DNA of 51,167 bases from NCBI GenBank assembly GCA_027013735.1, contig JALWGH010000076.1:1-51167 (forward strand), in the 5' to 3' direction. Below are positions 39,681 to 48,641 of the stretch, piece by piece. The stretch is from Melioribacteraceae bacterium. GTDB lineage: Bacteria > Bacteroidota > Ignavibacteria > Ignavibacteriales > Melioribacteraceae. A program made the translations under genes and the position numbers. Within the stretch, counting starts at the first letter, position 1; each line of letters opens with the position of its first letter. Under the pieces are notes generated by a model that was not told the origin of the DNA, searched no databases, and worked only from the letters and a program-made list of their open reading frames with translations.

Positions 39681-40925
39681 ATGAAAAAATTTGTCTTAGT
39701 CATGATGATTTTGTTCTCATCGAACTTTCTTTTCGGACAAGTGGGGCAAGCAGCGCTTCCCTGGCTTTATTTTCAACGCTCTCCGCTCTATCGCGGAACG
39801 GGTGACATAGGTGTTTCAAACTGTTCCGATAAAGTTTCCGGTTTTTATTTTAACCCCGCCATGCTCGGTTACGCCGGTAAAGAAAATCATCTTTCAATGT
39901 TTATGTTACCTAAGCAAAAGTATTTTCCTGATTTTGATTATCCGACCGTTAATTTTTCCGGGATAAACATTGGGTACAACTTAAAAAACAGCTTCTTCAA
40001 ATTTCCCGTCTCTTTCGGCATAGGCGTTATTTACGACAAAATGGATTACGGATATTTCAATATTACAAAGCAAAATAATTCCGATGTCATTGGGAAAATT
40101 AACACTTATGATATATTCAAGGGATTGAGTATCGGTTTTGGTTTTGATTATTTCTTAAAATTTAACATTGGAATGTCAATAAAATTTATTGAGTCAAATC
40201 TTGGTAAAAGGTGGTACAACAACAAGCTTATTGAAATTAAGGATAACGTAACAGCGCTTGATTACGGCTTTTTAATTGTTGCTCCTTTAACGGAATTGTT
40301 TTTTGACAAATTAAAATATCGCATTGATGCGCGTTCTTATGTTTTCCCCGTATCAACTTTGTCAATCGGAGCTTCTTTGTTGAACTACGGGGATAAAGTC
40401 GTGTACTTTGACGGGGCTCAATCCGATCCACTCCCAAGGCAATCTTTGCTTGGTTACACATTTAATATTGGCGGAGCTTTGAAAATAAAAAACACTGTTT
40501 TTAATTTTATCGATTATTCATTTTCCGCTCAGGTAAATGATGTTCTCGTTTCAAATACGGACAACAGCAGTTGGAATTATAAAAATGCTTTTGCCGACTT
40601 TAAGTTTTTTAACAACTTAATTGAACTTAATTACGACAATCCAGTCTATGTTCACAAGGGGCATATTTTGTCTTTGTTGGAAACAATTAAAATTACTTCG
40701 GGACGAGTTAATGGCGAAGGCATAAATCAAGATATTCGTAGCGGTTATGCTGTTTCAACGAAAGGCGTGTTTAAGCTGTTGTCATTATTAATAAATAATT
40801 CAACAATAGATTATCTTTTTAATCATTTCGAATTTAGTTACTTTAATTACCAAATTAACACAAACAATTTTATTAAAAACGACTATTCTGCTTTTGCTAT
40901 TGTTTTTAAGAATTTTGCTTTTTGA
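39681..40925 (+). CDS. Predicted outer-membrane beta-barrel protein (possibly PorV/PorQ-like)
   Basis: Signal peptide MKKFVLVMMILFSSNFLFGQ, N-terminal ...GTGDIGVS...NPAMLGY, many Y/F/G-rich strands, C-terminal aromatic F. The family call is tentative. Confidence 0.45.
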   Translation: MKKFVLVMMILFSSNFLFGQVGQAALPWLYFQRSPLYRGTGDIGVSNCSDKVSGFYFNPAMLGYAGKENHLSMFMLPKQKYFPDFDYPTVNFSGINIGYNLKNSFFKFPVSFGIGVIYDKMDYGYFNITKQNNSDVIGKINTYDIFKGLSIGFGFDYFLKFNIGMSIKFIESNLGKRWYNNKLIEIKDNVTALDYGFLIVAPLTELFFDKLKYRIDARSYVFPVSTLSIGASLLNYGDKVVYFDGAQSDPLPRQSLLGYTFNIGGALKIKNTVFNFIDYSFSAQVNDVLVSNTDNSSWNYKNAFADFKFFNNLIELNYDNPVYVHKGHILSLLETIKITSGRVNGEGINQDIRSGYAVSTKGVFKLLSLLINNSTIDYLFNHFEFSYFNYQINTNNFIKNDYSAFAIVFKNFAF

Positions 40926-40988
40926 TGCGTGAAAAAATTGTAGTCTGAAAATTATTTCGTTTCTGTTTAGAGCAACTGTGCTACCCAC

Positions 40989-41084
40989 AGATTGCCACGC
41001 GCCTCCGACACGTCGGAGCCGTTTGCAATGACAGTGGTGTATTATAGATTGCTTCGCTTCGTTTCACTCTGCTCGCAATGACAG
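40989..41084 (+). repeat. Two AGATTGC...GCAATGACAG hairpin elements
   Basis: 40989-41034 (with an inner perfect palindrome ctccgacACgtcggag) and 41046-41084. Both are bounded by complementary attgc/gcaat ends. Confidence 0.7.
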
Positions 41085-41140
41085 TTCATGTGCTTTTTGT
41101 CCAGCCCAAGTAAAACCTGCAAGGGGAAGGGATGTTGAGC

Positions 41141-41392
41141 AATCCAATAATCCAATTATCCAACCATCCAAAATTTTCAATTTAACTTTCCATTTTCCCT
41201 TTTCCACTTTCAATTGAATAAGTTTTAAGTCTCACGTAACGAGTCTCAAGTCTCTGTTCACTGTCCTCTGTTATCTGTTCACTGCGCAGTTATTTCTTGC
41301 GTCTTGCTTGTCGCGCCGTAGTCAAGCGTAGCGCAGACGAAGGCGGACGTCTCGCGTTTAACCATTTCTTCTTTCTGGTTTCTTATTTCTTC
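41141..41392 (+). repeat. Mosaic intergenic repeat, locus E (full module series G-W-S-C-T)
   Basis: aatccaataatccaattatccaaccatcca / ttttcaatttaactttccattttcccttttccactttcaatt / aataagttttaagtctcacgtaacgagtctcaagtctctgttcactg... / cttgcttgtcgcgccgtagtcaagcgtagcgcagacgaaggcggacgtctcg / tttcttctttctggtttcttatttcttc. Confidence 0.85.
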
Positions 41393-41544
41393 TGTTTTTT
41401 GCCAACAAATTTAAATTTGCACCCAGCTTTTAGAGTGTAAAACCGCCGGCAATTGCCATTTCCCGGTTCCTGAATTTGATTTTGAGCCGAACTCTTGTTA
41501 TCTATGAAACTCTTTTTTAATAATTTACCCGAAGGGAAAACCCA

Positions 41545-43635
41545 TTGTTAAAAATAAAACGCACAAAGACATTAAAGAAAGAACTAAAATTTATTGACGT
41601 TTTTGCTATTGCGGCGGGCACTACCCTGAGTGCCGGATTCTTTTTGTTGCCCGGAATAGCAGCACAGCAGGCGGGTACGGCAATGATTCTTGCTTACGTT
41701 TTGGCTACCCTGCCTTTGATTCCTGCAATGTTCAGTATTGTTGAGCTTGCAACCGCAATGCCGAGGGCAGGCGGGGTTTACTTCTTTCTCGACCGCTCGC
41801 TCGGTCCACTCTTCGGGACAATCGGCGGAATAGGAACTTGGGCGGCGCTCGTGCTTAAGGTTACTTTTGCGCTTGTGGGAATGGGCGCTTACATCAGTCT
41901 TTTTTTTGAAGACGTGCAGATTCTCCCAATCGCAATCGGGTTTGCCATTTTACTCGGAGCTCTCAATTTGTACGGTTCAAAAAAGAGCGGGAATTTGCAA
42001 GTTGGTCTTGTTGCTTTGCTTTTAATTTTACTTTCGATTTTTATTGCCGGCGGATTCACGGAACTTCATTACGAACACTTTAACAATTTCTTCGGCGCGG
42101 GTTTCTCAAACATTCTTGCTACGGCAGGACTCGTTTACATCAGCTACGTGGGAGTAACAAAAATTGCAAGTCTTTCGGAGGAAATTGAGAACCCGGAAAA
42201 GAATTTACCCCGCGGTGTTTTTGCTGCGCTTGGAACGGCAATTCTGATTTACATTCTCGGAACTACGGTGATGGTCGGGGTTTTGCCGATGAACGAGCTT
42301 GCGGGAAACTTAACCCCCGTAGCTTCTGCCGGCAAAAAGATTTTCGGACCGGTGGGGGAAATACTCCTTGTGCTTGCGGCGCTGCTTGCGTTCCTTTCGG
42401 TAGCAAACGCCGGAACGCTTAGTGCTTCCCGCTACCCGTTGGCAATGAGTAGAGACCACATTACTCCCGATGTTTTCAAAAAGCTTAACAAAAAAGGCAC
42501 GCCGGCAGTCGCAATAATTTTTACCGTTGCAACGATTGTCTTGATTCTCATTTTGTTTGACCCCGTAAAAATTGCAAAGCTTGCCTCGGCGTTTCAATTG
42601 CTGATGTTCTCTTTCGTCTGCCTTGCGGTAATTGTAATGCGGGAAAGCAAAATAGAATCTTACGACCCGGGGTACAAATCCCCCCTTTACCCGTGGATGC
42701 AGATTTTCGGAATTGCGGCAGCCTTCTTTTTGATTGGAGAAATGGGAAGCATGCCTCTTATTTTCTCTACCGGCTTGATCCTGTTTAGCTTGCTTTGGTA
42801 TTTCTTTTACGCTAAGGAACGCGTCGTGCGAGCCGGTGCAATTTACCACATCTTTGAACGCCTCGGGCGCAACCGTTACGAAGCGCTGGATTCGGAACTG
42901 CGCGGTATTCTTAAAGAAAAAGGGCTTCGTAAAAACGACCCGTTCGATCAAGTGGTAATGCGCGCGAAAGTGTTTGACTTTGACAAGACAATGGAATTTG
43001 AGGAAGTTGTAAATTACGTTTCCGAATGGCTCTCGAAAGTCATTCCTTTGCCGGCGGAAAAAATCAAAGAACAGTTTTTGGAAGGAACGCGTGTTGGCGC
43101 CACGCCTGTTGCACGTCAGGTGGCACTGCCACATTTCCGGCTTGATGTCGTTCCTCAAACGGAGCTGACAATTGTCCGCTGCAAGCCGGGAGTAAAAATC
43201 ACTTTAATAGATCCGCTTACGCACGAGCCCGAGGAAGAACAAATCGTGCACGCACTTTTCTTTTTGGTTAGTCCTGAAAACAACCCGACACAGCATTTAA
43301 GAATGCTTGCCCAAATTGCAGGGCGGGTGGAAGACGATACGTTCGTTCCCGAGTTTAAAAATGCGGCGAACGAAATCGAGTTGAAGAAAGCTCTTTTGCA
43401 CGACGACAGATTTCTTTCCCTCGTAGTTACCAAAGGAGCTCCGACTGAAATTTTTGCGGGAAAAACCGTTGCTACCAGCGGGCTTTCTTCCGGTTGCTTG
43501 ATTGCACTAATTGCACGGGCAAACAAGACAATTGTTCCGAATGGAAAAACAAAAATTCTTGAAGGTGACAAGTTAACCATCATCGGAGAGCCGGGATTGC
43601 TTAAAAAATTAAAAGAAAAATACGAGCTAAAGTAA
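41545..43635 (+). CDS. APC-family amino acid permease fused to C-terminal PTS-EIIA(Ntr)-like and TrkA_C (RCK_C) domains
   Basis: About 12 TM helices (aa 1-430). Then VALPHFRL...ALFFLVSPENNPTQHLRMLAQIA (EIIA_2-like with the His retained). Then ...LIALIARANKTIVPNGKTKILEGDKLTIIGEP (RCK_C-like). TTG start. Confidence 0.75.
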   Translation: MLKIKRTKTLKKELKFIDVFAIAAGTTLSAGFFLLPGIAAQQAGTAMILAYVLATLPLIPAMFSIVELATAMPRAGGVYFFLDRSLGPLFGTIGGIGTWAALVLKVTFALVGMGAYISLFFEDVQILPIAIGFAILLGALNLYGSKKSGNLQVGLVALLLILLSIFIAGGFTELHYEHFNNFFGAGFSNILATAGLVYISYVGVTKIASLSEEIENPEKNLPRGVFAALGTAILIYILGTTVMVGVLPMNELAGNLTPVASAGKKIFGPVGEILLVLAALLAFLSVANAGTLSASRYPLAMSRDHITPDVFKKLNKKGTPAVAIIFTVATIVLILILFDPVKIAKLASAFQLLMFSFVCLAVIVMRESKIESYDPGYKSPLYPWMQIFGIAAAFFLIGEMGSMPLIFSTGLILFSLLWYFFYAKERVVRAGAIYHIFERLGRNRYEALDSELRGILKEKGLRKNDPFDQVVMRAKVFDFDKTMEFEEVVNYVSEWLSKVIPLPAEKIKEQFLEGTRVGATPVARQVALPHFRLDVVPQTELTIVRCKPGVKITLIDPLTHEPEEEQIVHALFFLVSPENNPTQHLRMLAQIAGRVEDDTFVPEFKNAANEIELKKALLHDDRFLSLVVTKGAPTEIFAGKTVATSGLSSGCLIALIARANKTIVPNGKTKILEGDKLTIIGEPGLLKKLKEKYELK

Positions 43636-44282
43636 TGAAACTGGAGTTTACCAAACTACCCGCAAAGGAAATGCTCAAGCGTTCGGAGGAATTCAAAAAC
43701 TTAATGCTAAGGCGGAGAACCGTCAGAAGTTTTTCCAAAGAGTCGGTTGATTTTAGAATAATTGAGAATGCCATTCTTACGGCAGGCAGCGCGCCCAACG
43801 GCGCAAACAAACAGCCGTGGAAATTCGTTGTGGTTTCGAACCTGGAAATTAAAAGAAAAATCAGGGAAGAGGCTGAAAAATTAGAAAAGGAGTTCTACGA
43901 AAAAACCGCACCGGAAGAATGGCTGGAGGATTTGAAACCTTTGGGCACGGGCGCAAGCAAACCTTTCCTTGAAGATGCGCCGTATTTGATTGTTGTCTTT
44001 GCAGAGAAATACAGAATTGTTAACGGCAAAAAAGAAAAGAATTATTTTGTCAAAGAATCCGTGGGCATTGCAACCGGGTTTTTGGTCGCTGCGTTGCACA
44101 ATGCCGGATTGGCGGTTTTAACTTACACACCGAGCCCGATGGACTTTTTGAGTAAAATATTAAGCCGTCCCGAAAACGAAAAACCTTTTATTCTGCTTGC
44201 CACCGGTTACCCGAAAGAAGACACGGAAGTGCCTGATATTACAAAGAAAAGTTTGGAAGAAATTTTAATTACCGTTTACTAA
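43635..44282 (+). CDS. Nitroreductase-family flavoprotein
   Basis: RRTVRSFSKE...AGSAPNGANKQPWKFVVV pattern. 1-nt overlap with the upstream stop. Confidence 0.8.
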   Translation: MKLEFTKLPAKEMLKRSEEFKNLMLRRRTVRSFSKESVDFRIIENAILTAGSAPNGANKQPWKFVVVSNLEIKRKIREEAEKLEKEFYEKTAPEEWLEDLKPLGTGASKPFLEDAPYLIVVFAEKYRIVNGKKEKNYFVKESVGIATGFLVAALHNAGLAVLTYTPSPMDFLSKILSRPENEKPFILLATGYPKEDTEVPDITKKSLEEILITVY

Positions 44283-44441
44283 TTAAGAATTAAGAATAAA
44301 AATTAAAAAAATATTGTTGATGTTGTTGTTGGAAAGTTAAATTATTTTCACGCACCAACAAATTTTTAACAAATTAGGGCGCTTTATTATTAAAATGATG
44401 ATTAAATTTAGCAACTAAATTATTAAAAAAAAGCAGGAAAA

Positions 44442-46805
44442 ATGGCTAACAAGAAAACCACTAACTACGAAATCTCAAAAGTTGAGAAATATTATTTGGA
44501 GCTTTCGGGCAAAAAGCTCATCTATTCGCCAACGGAAAAAATTCCGGTAATTCAGGTCTCAAACTTTCCCGAGTTGGGAAGACTAACCGCACTGCGTTTT
44601 CTCGAGTGGGTACAGGCAAATCCCAAAGGCGTTATTTCATTGCCCACAGGTAAAACTCCCGAGCATTTTATTAAATGGTCGGCTTACTACCTTAAAAACT
44701 GGGACACTGCGGAGGTTAAAAACTTTGTAAAAAAGGTTGGAATAGACCCGGCAAAAAGACCGAGCTTGGAAAACATTCGCTTTGTGCAAATAGACGAATT
44801 TTACCCGATTAACGCTTACCAGCACAACAGCTTTTTCTACTACATTCAGAAATACTACGTTAAAAATTTGGGAATTGATCCCGACAAGGCTTTGTTCATT
44901 AACGTTAATGAAATCGGCACTGCCGAGAACTTACCGTTAAACAGGGTGTTTCCCGAGGGCATTGTTGATTTGTCCTTACGAACAAGATACGCAAGCAACC
45001 GCGCCGAAAGATTGCAAAAAGAGACAATTGAAATCGTTGATGAATTTTGCACGAATTACGAAAAGAAAATTCGCGCAATGGGCGGAATCGGATTTTTCCT
45101 CGGGGGCATTGGTCCCGACGGACACATCGGCTTTAACGTGCGTGGCAGCGACCACTACTCCACAACCCGTTTAACAAAAACAAATTACGAAACTCAAGCA
45201 GCCGCCGCAACAGACCTTGGCGGAATTGAAGTAGCCCGCAACAGACTCGTCATTACAATAGGGTTAAACACAATAACCTACAACAAAGACGCAACGGCAA
45301 TAATAATTGCCGCAGGCGAAGCAAAAGCAAACATCGTGAGGGACTCGATTCAAAACGAAATGACAAACAAATATCCCGCAACGGTTTTGCAAAAATTAAA
45401 AAACGCCAAGTTCTATTTGACCGACGGAGCCGCGCTCAGATTGCCGGAACGCCGTTACGACGACCTTTCAAAAATGAAAACGTTACCGAAGGTCTCTGTT
45501 GAACGCGCATTGATTAACCTTTCCATGGAAAAGAAAAAACCGGTAACCGCTTTGACCGAGGAGGATTACAAATCCGATAAATTTGCTACTCTCGTAAAAA
45601 GCAAAACGCAAAAACCCATTGAACAGCTTAACGAATCTCTCCGTAAAAATATTATTAAGAGATTCGAGCAAGGAATGAAGTTCATTGAAAATGAAAGGTT
45701 TTTACACACGGCTCCGCATCACGACGACATTATGCTTGGTTACCTGCCTTACATTAACCACCTTGTCCGTACGCCCCACAACAAACACCACTTTGTTTAC
45801 TTGACCAGCGGATTTACGGCGGTAACAAATCAATACATGCTGGAGCTGATGACTAATTTGAAATACCACATTGATGCGGGGTATTTCGAAAAGCGTTTTA
45901 GAAACAACTACTTTGACCCGAACTTTAAGGAAGGAAGGAACAGGGACGTTAACCTTTACCTCGACGGCGTTGCACAGCACAGTCATTCAATTAAGTCCGA
46001 AGCAATCTCCCGCAGGATGCTGAGAAATTTAATTGAGATTTACGAGGAAGACAACGTTACTTATTTGAAAGACAGGGTTGACGAATTAATTAATTACTTC
46101 AAAACACAGTACCCGGGCAAAAAGGACATTACCCATGTTCAGAAATTGAAAGGAATGTTGCGCGAGTGGGAGGTTGAAGTGCTTTGGGGCTTCTTCGGTT
46201 TTAGCGTGGATGATGTTTCCCACTTGAGATTGGGATTCTATCAAGGTAATATTTTTACCGAGAATCCCGAGCTTAACAGGGACGTTCTTCCGATTTACCA
46301 TTTGATTAAAAAATTCAAGCCCAGCGTAATTACCGTTGCGTTAGACCCCGAAGGCAGCGGACCTGACACGCACTACAAAGTGATGCAGGCAATTACGGAA
46401 GCTTTGCGACTTTACGAAAAAGACGCCGACGTTTCGAAAATAAAAATTTGGGGTTACAGAAACGTCTGGTACCGTTTCCACCCGGCAGAAGCGAACATCT
46501 ACGTTCCCGTAAGCTTGAACTCATTTTCCATTTTGGACAGTTCGTTCAAGTACAGCTTCGGTTCGCAGAAAAACGCAAGTTTCCCAAGCTGGGAATACGA
46601 CGGACCTTTCTCGCGGTTAGCTCAAAAAATACAGGCAGAGCAGTACAATATTATTAGGACATGCCTCGGTAAAGATTATTTCCTTTGCCACAAAAACCCG
46701 CGCGTTCGCGCCGCAAAAGGAATGGTCTTTATTAAAGAACTAACAGTGAAAGAATTCTACCAGCATTCGATGAGACTTAAGAAACTTACCGAAGATATTG
46801 ATTAA
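44442..46805 (+). CDS. nagB: Long-form glucosamine-6-phosphate deaminase (NagB domain fused to an LmbE/PIG-L-like domain)
   Basis: N-terminal ISLPTGKTP...GGIGPDGHIGFN (NagB) and a central HTAPHHDDIMLGY (PIG-L AHPDD-like motif); 787 aa. Confidence 0.75.
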   Translation: MANKKTTNYEISKVEKYYLELSGKKLIYSPTEKIPVIQVSNFPELGRLTALRFLEWVQANPKGVISLPTGKTPEHFIKWSAYYLKNWDTAEVKNFVKKVGIDPAKRPSLENIRFVQIDEFYPINAYQHNSFFYYIQKYYVKNLGIDPDKALFINVNEIGTAENLPLNRVFPEGIVDLSLRTRYASNRAERLQKETIEIVDEFCTNYEKKIRAMGGIGFFLGGIGPDGHIGFNVRGSDHYSTTRLTKTNYETQAAAATDLGGIEVARNRLVITIGLNTITYNKDATAIIIAAGEAKANIVRDSIQNEMTNKYPATVLQKLKNAKFYLTDGAALRLPERRYDDLSKMKTLPKVSVERALINLSMEKKKPVTALTEEDYKSDKFATLVKSKTQKPIEQLNESLRKNIIKRFEQGMKFIENERFLHTAPHHDDIMLGYLPYINHLVRTPHNKHHFVYLTSGFTAVTNQYMLELMTNLKYHIDAGYFEKRFRNNYFDPNFKEGRNRDVNLYLDGVAQHSHSIKSEAISRRMLRNLIEIYEEDNVTYLKDRVDELINYFKTQYPGKKDITHVQKLKGMLREWEVEVLWGFFGFSVDDVSHLRLGFYQGNIFTENPELNRDVLPIYHLIKKFKPSVITVALDPEGSGPDTHYKVMQAITEALRLYEKDADVSKIKIWGYRNVWYRFHPAEANIYVPVSLNSFSILDSSFKYSFGSQKNASFPSWEYDGPFSRLAQKIQAEQYNIIRTCLGKDYFLCHKNPRVRAAKGMVFIKELTVKEFYQHSMRLKKLTEDID

Positions 46806-46827
46806 AAGATGAGAATAAAACGGAAGA

Positions 46828-46852
46828 AGGGGAGAGATTTCTCCCCTTTTTA
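46828..46852 (+). terminator. Rho-independent terminator after nagB
   Basis: aggggagaGATTtctcccct followed by TTTTT. Confidence 0.8.
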
Positions 46853-46855
46853 TTT

Positions 46856-47206
46856 TTAAAGTAGTTCGTCTATTTTTTCGACAGGTCTTGCTAAGATTGC
46901 CTTGTCTCCCTTTTCGATTATCGGGCGTTCAATTAAGTCCGGGTTTTCAACCATTTTTGCAATCAGTTCCGCTTGAGTGTATTTTTTGTGTTTTAAGTCG
47001 AGCTCTTTGTAAGCCTTGTCCCTTCTTCTTAAAATGTCCTCGGCTTTTAATCCCATTTTTTTCAACAAAGTTTTTAATTTGTTCTTAGTGAATTTTTTCT
47101 CGTAATAATTGACTTTTTCGAACTCGACACCTTTTTCGGTCAAGTATTTCAATGCTTTGCGGCTTGTTGTGCAAGTCGGTTTTTGGTAAACTATTATTTT
47201 TTCCAT
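46856..47206 (-). CDS. ArsC/Spx/YffB-family thioredoxin-fold protein
   Basis: IVYQKPTCTTSRKALKYLTEKGVEFEKVNY...ERPII pattern; 116 aa. Confidence 0.78.
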   Translation of the reverse strand: MEKIIVYQKPTCTTSRKALKYLTEKGVEFEKVNYYEKKFTKNKLKTLLKKMGLKAEDILRRRDKAYKELDLKHKKYTQAELIAKMVENPDLIERPIIEKGDKAILARPVEKIDELL

Positions 47207-47226
47207 TTTTCTCCTCCTATTTAAGT

Positions 47227-47949
47227 TTATTTCAAAAGCAAAGATATTGAAATGAATCCCAATAACACAAGAATGATTTTGTTGTAAGTTTCCGTCGGTA
47301 TTTTACCGAATAATTTTTGCCCGATAAACGCCCCGATGATTACAACCGGAAAAAATTCCAAATAGAGTAAGTAAGTTTTGGCAGGCGTAACATTTGCAAC
47401 AAAGTGTGAAATAATTATTAAAGACAATGTAAAGAGGAAATAACCTGCTATTGAGGCTTTTAGATCTTCTTTGTTAATTCCTTTAAGGTAAAAATAGATG
47501 ACGACCGGAGGACCGTTTGTGTTAAAAGCTCCGCCGAGCAAACCGGAAATGAATCCGAACAAATAGCCCCAAGCATCGTTAATGTTAATTGGCTTAATTA
47601 TTTTAATCAATGAAAAAAAGACAAACAGGAAAATGATTAATCCAAGTAAGTGCTCTAATAATATAGTATTGGCTTTTGCCAAGAAATACGCACCGAGCGG
47701 AACGCCAAAGAGAGCACCCCAAATTAATTTCTTCAAACGGAAAAATTTTAAATGTTTTTTCAGCACAATGATTAAATAAATGTTTACTGTAAATCCGAAA
47801 AGTGCTGCAAGAACAATTGCCTCCTTAATTCCAATTACCATTGCGAGCAACGGAACGGAAATCAATTGAAACGCAAACCCCGACAACCCTTGCGTGGCAG
47901 AAGCAATCAGTAATATTAAAACAACTAACAATATTTGAATTAAGTCCAT
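47227..47949 (-). CDS. TauE/SafE-family sulfite/anion exporter
   Basis: Polytopic membrane protein. ATQGLSGFAFQL and GGAFNTNGPP motifs. Start moved to the Met at 47949 (MDLIQILL...) to avoid overlap with cobO. Confidence 0.75.
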   Translation of the reverse strand: MDLIQILLVVLILLIASATQGLSGFAFQLISVPLLAMVIGIKEAIVLAALFGFTVNIYLIIVLKKHLKFFRLKKLIWGALFGVPLGAYFLAKANTILLEHLLGLIIFLFVFFSLIKIIKPININDAWGYLFGFISGLLGGAFNTNGPPVVIYFYLKGINKEDLKASIAGYFLFTLSLIIISHFVANVTPAKTYLLYLEFFPVVIIGAFIGQKLFGKIPTETYNKIILVLLGFISISLLLK

Positions 47950-48026
47950 ACGATTAAATTGTAAATTTCCTTTCGGCAAAACTATTCTTATTTTTGCTAA
48001 AAAGAAAACAACCGGATAAAACAAAA

Positions 48027-48557
48027 ATGAAATTAAAGAAAGGTTACACACACGTTTACACGGGTAACGGAAAGGGGAAAACCACTGCTGCTATTGGGCT
48101 TGCCGTACGTGCAGCCGGCGCAGGCTTGCGGGTTTATTTTCTTCAAATAATGAAAAACTTTCCTTACTCCGAGTTAAAATCATTAGAAGCGTTTCGTCCC
48201 GATATTATTGTTGAACAAGCAGGCGACGACGCTTTTGTGCTTGAAAAAAGGGAGCCAAACGAAAAGGAGAAATCGGAAATCAATAGAGCATTAAAAAACG
48301 TCGGCGATCTACTGAAACAAAAACGCTACGATGTTTTTGTGTTGGATGAAATTTGTGTTGCGACTTATTTTAAACTTTTGACTGCAAAGGAAATCCTTGA
48401 TATTATTGAGCAAAAGCCGGATAATGTTGAGCTTGTGCTTACGGGACGGTATTGTCCCGAGGAAGTAATTTCCCGCGCAGATTTGGTTACGGAAATGAAG
48501 GAAATTAAACATTATTACCAACAAGGTGTTTTGTCGAGGAAGGGAATTGATTCGTAA
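48027..48557 (+). CDS. cobO: Cob(I)yrinic acid a,c-diamide adenosyltransferase (CobO/BtuR type)
   Basis: GYTHVYTGNGKGKTTAAIGLAVRAAGAGLRVYFLQIMK...VLDEI...TGR. Start chosen at ATG 48027. Confidence 0.85.
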   Translation: MKLKKGYTHVYTGNGKGKTTAAIGLAVRAAGAGLRVYFLQIMKNFPYSELKSLEAFRPDIIVEQAGDDAFVLEKREPNEKEKSEINRALKNVGDLLKQKRYDVFVLDEICVATYFKLLTAKEILDIIEQKPDNVELVLTGRYCPEEVISRADLVTEMKEIKHYYQQGVLSRKGIDS

Positions 48558-48593
48558 AATTTTTTGAATGGGAAATTAGTTTCGGAACTTAAT

Positions 48594-48617
48594 AAAAAAG
48601 GGCAGCCGAAGCTGCCC
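48594..48617 (-). terminator. Rho-independent terminator downstream of the S46 peptidase gene
   Basis: gggcagcCGAAgctgccc, with a U tract on the minus strand (A6 at 48594-48599 on plus). Confidence 0.8.
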
Positions 48618-48641
48618 TGTTAAAACTGCTATTTAATGAAA

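Noticed and set aside
42310-43158. 282-aa minus-strand ORF antisense to the permease gene
   Set aside because: It is Arg/Lys/Cys-rich and of low complexity, with no recognisable motifs. It is fully antisense to a strongly supported CDS.
47950-48051. N-terminal extension of the TauE ORF, and 47994-48026 of the cobO ORF, which overlap each other
   Set aside because: The internal Met starts (47949 minus; 48027 plus) remove the divergent overlap. They begin at the first TM helix and the P-loop lead-in respectively.
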